DNA from: Myxococcota bacterium | GTDB lineage: Bacteria; Myxococcota_A; UBA796; CAJQPC01 | NCBI GenBank assembly: GCA_036229005.1 | Contig: JAZAMN010000024.1 | Location: 128,001 to 192,000, forward strand | Length of the DNA stretch: 64,000 nt | Direction: 5' to 3' | Shown: piece by piece, positions 55,780 to 64,000 of the stretch | Layout of the letters: each line of letters begins with the position of its first letter | Position numbering within the stretch: position 1 is the stretch's first letter | The notes under the pieces: generated by a model | What the model saw: only the letters and a program-made list of their open reading frames with translations | Database searches by the model: none | Told to the model about the DNA's origin: nothing | Translations under genes and position numbers: made by a program

Positions 55780-57345
55780 GACACCCGGCACAGTCCGGAG
55801 GTCAACCGAGAAAAACGCTCGGCACGTTCTTTGACGTTGACATCGCTGATTGTAGACGGCCGCTGGCCACCTCCTGTCGGAGGGACCTGAACTGGAAACA
55901 GAGCAGGGACAAAGTCAGCGCCTTGGGACAGACTCCTCGGAGTGGAAGACCCAAGGGGCCAACCCCGCAAGGCCAGGGCGACCTGGACGAGCGACGGAAG
56001 GCCGGAATCCAAAGCCTCCCTCGGGAGTGCGGAGGACCCAGCCGGAGCTCTTCGGAGCGAAAGGCGCGCTGCAGTCAGACAAACAAGCCCATGGAAGAAT
56101 CGAGCGGACCTTGGTCGGAAACGGCAAAGGGACGCAACGGACTCTCCCAGCGGAGCAAAGCCTTGGAGCCGCGAGAGCAGACCCCCTCGGGGGAACGCTC
56201 AGGACACAAGCCGGAGACGGCGGGTGTCCAAGTCGCCCAGACAGGACGGGAAACCAGCCTGACACGGCGGCGGGAACGGCAAGAGGGAAGCGCGGGTGCG
56301 GTGACGCATCGGCGGCTGCTGGAGAGGGAAAGTCTTTGAAGGGTCAGCGCTGCGGAAGCGCCAGGGACCGAGGCACCGAAAGGTGGGTCGGCAAGGGAGC
56401 CTCCTTTTGGGGGTGAACGGAACTGGAGCGGGAACGCAGCGAACCTCATGACCGGTAGCAGGATGCAACAAGCCTGCAGACCAGATGCTGATGCCGCCAA
56501 GGAGCTGAGAAAGCTCAAGGCAGCGCGAGCCCGACCTGGCAAGGAAGGGACAAAGCATGGACGAGCGACGCGGAGCCAGCGATGGCGAAGCGGAGCGGCA
56601 GTCGGAGACGGCTGTTGGGGTCGGAATGGCGTCGAGGCCACCCGGCACACACCCAAGACCATGTGGGAGCAGGCATCGCTGGAGAGAAGCCGACTGGAGA
56701 CAGTCTGAGGACAGCCAGCTTGGGTCCAGGAGAGACGGAGTCTGGAGAGCGCGCAGGCAGCGGAGTCGGCAACGACTCAGGCGCAGCGTGAACAAAGGCA
56801 CCGAACAGCCAGGACCGACGGTGACATCGGTGGAGAGGCGGAGAAACCCTCGGAGGAGGAGCAGGCGAGAGCGGACGACAGGACGCACTCACAGGCAAGC
56901 GAAAGAAAGGTCCTCGGACCCGGAGAGCGCCGGCTGCCGGCTCAGGAAACTTGGAAGAGTCTCCAAAGGAGGCGCCCAAGGACAGAAGGACGCAGCATCT
57001 TCGGATGCACAGCGGACTGCGAGAGAGACCTTGAAGGTCCCACCGAATCAACGCGAATCAAACCGCGTCGGTGAAGGCCAGGAAGGGACGCGGGAAAGGC
57101 CAACGACCCGCATCGCAGCCCAGGAAGGACAGCAGCAATGCTGGACGGCGACCTTGAGGTTCAGGCGAACCCCACAGCAGGCGTGACGCGGCGACGCGTT
57201 GAGCGCCAAGGTTCCCGTATCCTCCAAGAGGAACCCTCCCTGGGCTGGGTGTCACCTCTCCTTCAACTGCAAGGAGAGGAAGGCAGCAGACCTTGCTGCC
57301 AACCAAGACCCCGAACCGCTTTGCGCGGTTCGGGGTCTTGTCGTT
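55780..57345 (+). ncRNA. Candidate large (~1.5 kb) structured non-coding RNA of unknown class
   Basis: No ORF with host codon bias; at least 16 GNRA/UUCG/CUCG-capped hairpins on the + strand; terminal helix 55780-55789 with 57244-57253; promoter upstream and terminator downstream. Confidence 0.75.
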
Positions 57346-57347
57346 TC
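57304..57347 (+). terminator. Rho-independent terminator
   Basis: 16-bp perfect stem CAAGACCCCGAACCGC / GCGGTTCGGGGTCTTG followed by TCGTTTC. Confidence 0.85.
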
Positions 57348-57399
57348 GGGGCCCACCGCTCCGCCACCGCAGTGCAAACCCACCCCGACCCCCAGAGCA

Positions 57400-57428
57400 C
57401 AAACGAGGACACCCTCAGGATGTCCTCG
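57400..57428 (-). terminator. Possible terminator of the E1 gene
   Basis: CGAGGACA / TGTCCTCG stem followed by TTTG on the minus strand. Confidence 0.45.
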
Positions 57429-57477
57429 CTTGCGGATCGGGTGCACAGGTGTGCGGGGGCCCAGGACCCTGGGCGGT

Positions 57478-59649
<2,172 letters not shown>

Positions 59650-59704
59650 CGAGTCTCCTCGGGAGAGTTTGGGGACCAAGGGGTATCACGCCCGGCGCGG
59701 GGAT

Positions 59705-60937
59705 TCAGATGACCATCGCCTCGGCGCTGCGGAACTCGCGATCGATCTGGAAGACCCCGAGGCTGGCCTGCTCGCCGAGGACGGTGACATGGTCGATTGA
59801 ACGCCCGGCTTCAGCCAGGGCGGTGCAGACCTTGGCGGAGAAGGGGCCGAACATCGCGCCGTGTCCGGAGAAGCCCACCAGCCGGATCAGGTTCCGGGTG
59901 TTGGGGTCGAAGTCCATGAAGGGGTTGTGGTCGGGGGTGGTCCCGTAGAACCCGGCCGTGGTGGCGGAGATCCCCTTGAACTCGCCGACGGGGGGCAGGA
60001 CCTCGGCCAGGGCCATCCAGGTCTCGAAGGGGCGCGCGTCGGCCCCGGAGCGGTGGAAGAACTCGGGCTGCACGGAGTCCTGGTCTTCGTAGGAGAAGTC
60101 GGCGGACTGGTCGGGCGCCGCGTGCTTCCACCCGATCATCAGCGAGCCCGCGTTCTCGGGGCGGCAGTAGGCCCCCGACGGCGAGATCACCAGGGGCATG
60201 GACAGGAGCTGCTCGGCGCTCATGGCCTGGTCGTCGCGCTCCAGGAACCACAGGTAGCGCTTGAGGGCGGCCACGGGCAGCGCCTTGGCCCCCAGGATGT
60301 CACCGAGGCGCCGGCTCCAGGCGTTCGTGCAGTCCACGAACAGGTCGGCCGACAGGGTCTCGCCCTTGGCCGTGGTGACGCTCAGCAGGCGGTCACCTGC
60401 GCGCTCCGCCGAGACCACAGCGCTGTTCATCTTGAGGGTGCCGCCCCGCTGACGGAGCCCCTGGGCGGCCTCGTTGTAGAGCACCTCGGGCCTCAAGAAG
60501 CCATCGCTCGGGCACCAGGTCGCCCCCCCGATGCTCTCCGGGTCCACCCAGGAGAAGCGGCTCTGGACCTGCTCGGGGCTGAGGGCCTCCACCTCCTTCA
60601 ACCCCCAGGCCCTTTGACTCTCCACGCGGATCCGGGCGCCAGCGAGGACATCGGGGGCGTTGGGCAGCAGGAAGAGGTAGCCATTGGACTGGATGGGCCG
60701 GCCCTCGCCGCCGGTGCGCGCCTGCCAGTCGTTGTAGAAGTCCACGGCGTAGCGCATCCCCAGCACCGTCTCGCGCGTGGTGAACTGCTGCCGAAAGCCC
60801 GCCGCGGTGCGCGAGCTGGAGCCGGCGCCCAGGTGCTGGGCCTCGAGCAGGGTGACCGCCCAGCCCTGGTCCTGGAGCTGCAGCGCAGTGAGCGTGCCTG
60901 TGATGCCAGCACCGATGACGATCGCCGAACGAGCCAT
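59705..60937 (-). CDS. FAD-dependent oxidoreductase (DAO / sarcosine oxidase beta family)
   Basis: VIGAGITG, GSSSRTAAG, GFYGTTPDHNP, GFSGHG. Confidence 0.88.
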   Translation of the reverse strand: MARSAIVIGAGITGTLTALQLQDQGWAVTLLEAQHLGAGSSSRTAAGFRQQFTTRETVLGMRYAVDFYNDWQARTGGEGRPIQSNGYLFLLPNAPDVLAGARIRVESQRAWGLKEVEALSPEQVQSRFSWVDPESIGGATWCPSDGFLRPEVLYNEAAQGLRQRGGTLKMNSAVVSAERAGDRLLSVTTAKGETLSADLFVDCTNAWSRRLGDILGAKALPVAALKRYLWFLERDDQAMSAEQLLSMPLVISPSGAYCRPENAGSLMIGWKHAAPDQSADFSYEDQDSVQPEFFHRSGADARPFETWMALAEVLPPVGEFKGISATTAGFYGTTPDHNPFMDFDPNTRNLIRLVGFSGHGAMFGPFSAKVCTALAEAGRSIDHVTVLGEQASLGVFQIDREFRSAEAMVI

Positions 60938-61040
60938 TGAGGACCTCTGCTTTCGCAGAGCCTATCCAACCGCGCTCGCCGGGAATGTCAGAAGGCCCTG
61001 ACGGGTGGTAGCTTGGTCGGAATCCTGTGGAGGTCCCCCC

Positions 61041-61613
61041 ATGCTTGCCCTGCTTCTCCCCGCGCTCCTGGCTGCTCCCGCTGGCTGGGAGAGCTTCGAC
61101 AGCGGCGGCGGCTGCACCTACTTCAAGAGCCCCAAGCACGCCTCCGGCTACCCCACCCTGCGGGCGGAGTGCACCTGGTCGGACGTGACCCCGGCGCAGC
61201 TCGACGCCCTGCTCTCGGACCTGGAGGGCCACGACGAGATCCACAGCAGCATCGCGGAGGCCAAGGTCGTGGGGACCACCACCAGCGGCACCAAGGTGTA
61301 CCAGCGCCACGTGGCCTCGGGGATCTCCGACCGAGAGGCCAACATGGAGTACACCCGCGCGGTCTCCGGGGACACCATCACCCACGCGTGGTCCATGACC
61401 GCGGACCAGCCCACCCCGGCCGCCGGGAACGAAGCCCCCGCCCACAACTCCGGCAAGTGGGAGCTCAGCCCGGACGGCGCCGGCACCAAGGTGGTCTATG
61501 AGCTGCGCTACGAGCCCGGAGGCAGCGTCCCGGGCTTTGTGGTCCGCGCCTTCCAGACCAGCGGCTTTGTCCTGATTGTCCAGGAGCTCCACAAGGCGGG
61601 CCTGGCAGGCTGA
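61041..61613 (+). CDS. Secreted START/SRPBCC domain protein
   Basis: ISDRE, GKWEL, TKVVYELRYEPGGSVPGFVV. Confidence 0.75.
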   Translation: MLALLLPALLAAPAGWESFDSGGGCTYFKSPKHASGYPTLRAECTWSDVTPAQLDALLSDLEGHDEIHSSIAEAKVVGTTTSGTKVYQRHVASGISDREANMEYTRAVSGDTITHAWSMTADQPTPAAGNEAPAHNSGKWELSPDGAGTKVVYELRYEPGGSVPGFVVRAFQTSGFVLIVQELHKAGLAG

Positions 61614-61680
61614 CACCCACCGGGCCGCGGGACGCTCCGAGGGCCCCCTCCCGGCGACTGGGCCCCTCGGAGCGCAGCCC

Positions 61681-62271
61681 TCAGTAGGCCATCAGCTCGT
61701 CGACGATGTCGTCCGGCCAGGTGCGCTTGCCGTCCAGCCAGGTGGGCTCCTCGCCGTCCAGGTCAAAGAACAAGGGCTCGCTGCCGTCGACGTCGAACCA
61801 GGTGGGCTGCTCCCCGTCGATGTCGAAGAACTCGGGCTCCGTTCCGTCGATGTCGAAGGCCACGATGCTCCCGGCCTTGTCGCCATCGGGGGTGTAGAGC
61901 AGCAGGTCGCCATCCACGGCGGTGCGCCAGATCTCCACGTGCTCCTGGCTGGCGAACACGGCGAAGCCGTCCCCGTCGATGCCGCCCTGCAGGTCACACT
62001 GCCAGTCGGAGGCACCCTTGTTGGAGAGCCAGTGGCTCTGGCTGTCCGAGAGCCAGTGGGTCTGGCTGTTGGACTTGCACACGCCCTTGAGCTTGCCGGT
62101 GTCGGTGTAGAAGCCCAGCACGGCGTCGGTGGCGCTGCCCTCCTTGGCGACGTCCAGCATCACCGTCACGCGCAGGTCCGCGGAGTATTCGGCCGCGGCC
62201 GCCATGGTGGCGGCCATGCTCAGGCCAAAGGAGACGGCGAAGAGGGCCAGGGTGGACTTGGACATGGACAC
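61681..62271 (-). CDS. Secreted protein with C-terminal 10-aa FDxDGxxP repeats
   Basis: AGGAGG RBS; signal peptide; FDIDGTEPEF-FDIDGEQPTW-FDVDGSEPLF-FDLDGEEPTW. Confidence 0.75.
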   Translation of the reverse strand: MSMSKSTLALFAVSFGLSMAATMAAAAEYSADLRVTVMLDVAKEGSATDAVLGFYTDTGKLKGVCKSNSQTHWLSDSQSHWLSNKGASDWQCDLQGGIDGDGFAVFASQEHVEIWRTAVDGDLLLYTPDGDKAGSIVAFDIDGTEPEFFDIDGEQPTWFDVDGSEPLFFDLDGEEPTWLDGKRTWPDDIVDELMAY

Positions 62272-62352
62272 GGAGACCTCCTGTTCTTGGGTCTCCGCAA
62301 AGCTATGGCTGGGCCCCCTGGCGGTCCTGTCCCAGCTTGTCCCAGGCCGCGC

Positions 62353-62967
62353 CTACTCCTGGGGCAGGGCCTCGTCCGCCACCACGTCGATGCCCACGCC
62401 GACCACCTGGGCCAGCTCCTGCGCCTTCTTCTTGAGGTTCAGCTCCTTGCTGTCCTCGTAGACCAGGCGCCGGCCGTCCTTGAGCTCCAGCACGATGGCC
62501 GAGCAGAGCGCGTCCCCCTGGACCCGGCCCTCGTACTGCACCCCCGCGACCTCGCGGAAGCCGATCTCCAGGCGCTCGGGCTCCTCGATGCCCTTGTGGT
62601 GCACGTCGATCTTGATGAGCTCCCGGCCCCCCGCGAGCTGCGTGTAGGCGGTCTGGTCGGGATCGCAGATCTTGAGGACCGCGGGCGGCTCCGGGATGGT
62701 CAGCGCCCCCGGCAGGGTCGCGCTCTGTCCGTCGGGGTTCGCCACGATCACGGTGTGGGCGCCAGCGGCCAGCTCGGGCACGGTGCCCACAAGCTGCACG
62801 GCCCCCTTGAACTCCACGGCCAGATCCTGCCCACCCGCGGTGGCGGTCGCGCCCTGCTGGAAGTCGGCGCCGATCAGCGTCAGGCTGTCGCCGGGCTTGG
62901 CCGTGCCGGGATCCACGGCGCTGAGGGTGGGGGGAGCTGCGGTACAAGCCAGCAACAGAGCGAACAT
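62353..62967 (-). CDS. IPT/TIG-domain lipoprotein
   Basis: MFALLLAC; PTLSAVDP..G..LTLIGADF, VIVANPDG. Confidence 0.8.
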   Translation of the reverse strand: MFALLLACTAAPPTLSAVDPGTAKPGDSLTLIGADFQQGATATAGGQDLAVEFKGAVQLVGTVPELAAGAHTVIVANPDGQSATLPGALTIPEPPAVLKICDPDQTAYTQLAGGRELIKIDVHHKGIEEPERLEIGFREVAGVQYEGRVQGDALCSAIVLELKDGRRLVYEDSKELNLKKKAQELAQVVGVGIDVVADEALPQE

Positions 62968-63006
62968 GAGGCCTCCAAGGCACAAACATAGCGAATAGGG
63001 GATCCC

Positions 63007-64000
<994 letters not shown>

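Noticed and set aside
55707..57186. ORFs of about 100-230 aa inside the candidate ncRNA (e.g. 55716-56339, 56557-57186, 56199-56888)
   Set aside because: Arg/Ser/Gly-rich translations with no host codon bias and no recognisable motifs, overlapping in several frames; better explained as incidental
55780..57345. 16S/23S rRNA, RNase P RNA, tmRNA or group II intron identity for the long RNA
   Set aside because: I could not find AGAGTTTGATC, GTGCCAGCAGCCGCGGTAA, GAGGAAAGTCC, tRNA-like ends, or a group II domain V and RT ORF; a covariance search is still needed to exclude divergent members

Overview
GC-rich bacterial window, probably Myxococcota (inferred from MYXO-CTERM-like tails, an FHA-sigma54 activator, a TSP3-OmpA protein and many Asp-rich lipoproteins). 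It holds about 56 plausible CDSs. These include housekeeping genes (serA, serC, bioA, bioB, bioF, thyX, proB, partial gpmI, a fused 2-oxoacid dehydrogenase E1), an orphan dpgA-dpgB type III PKS pair, two tandem sigma54 activators and many secreted or lipoprotein unknowns. The standout feature is a ~1.55-kb interval (about 55780-57345) with no credible ORF. It has a sigma54 promoter, a boxB/boxA-like leader, at least 16 GNRA or C(U/C)UCG-G tetraloop hairpins on the + strand, a 10-bp helix pairing its 5' and 3' ends, and a strong terminator. It is a candidate giant structured ncRNA and does not match rRNA signatures. A second unexplained non-coding element (46760-47119) has two co-varying 70-bp hairpin units followed by 3 forward and 3 inverted repeats at 31-bp spacing. 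A BirA-type operator and two more sigma54 promoters are also visible. All family assignments come from motif recognition by eye; no database searches were run.
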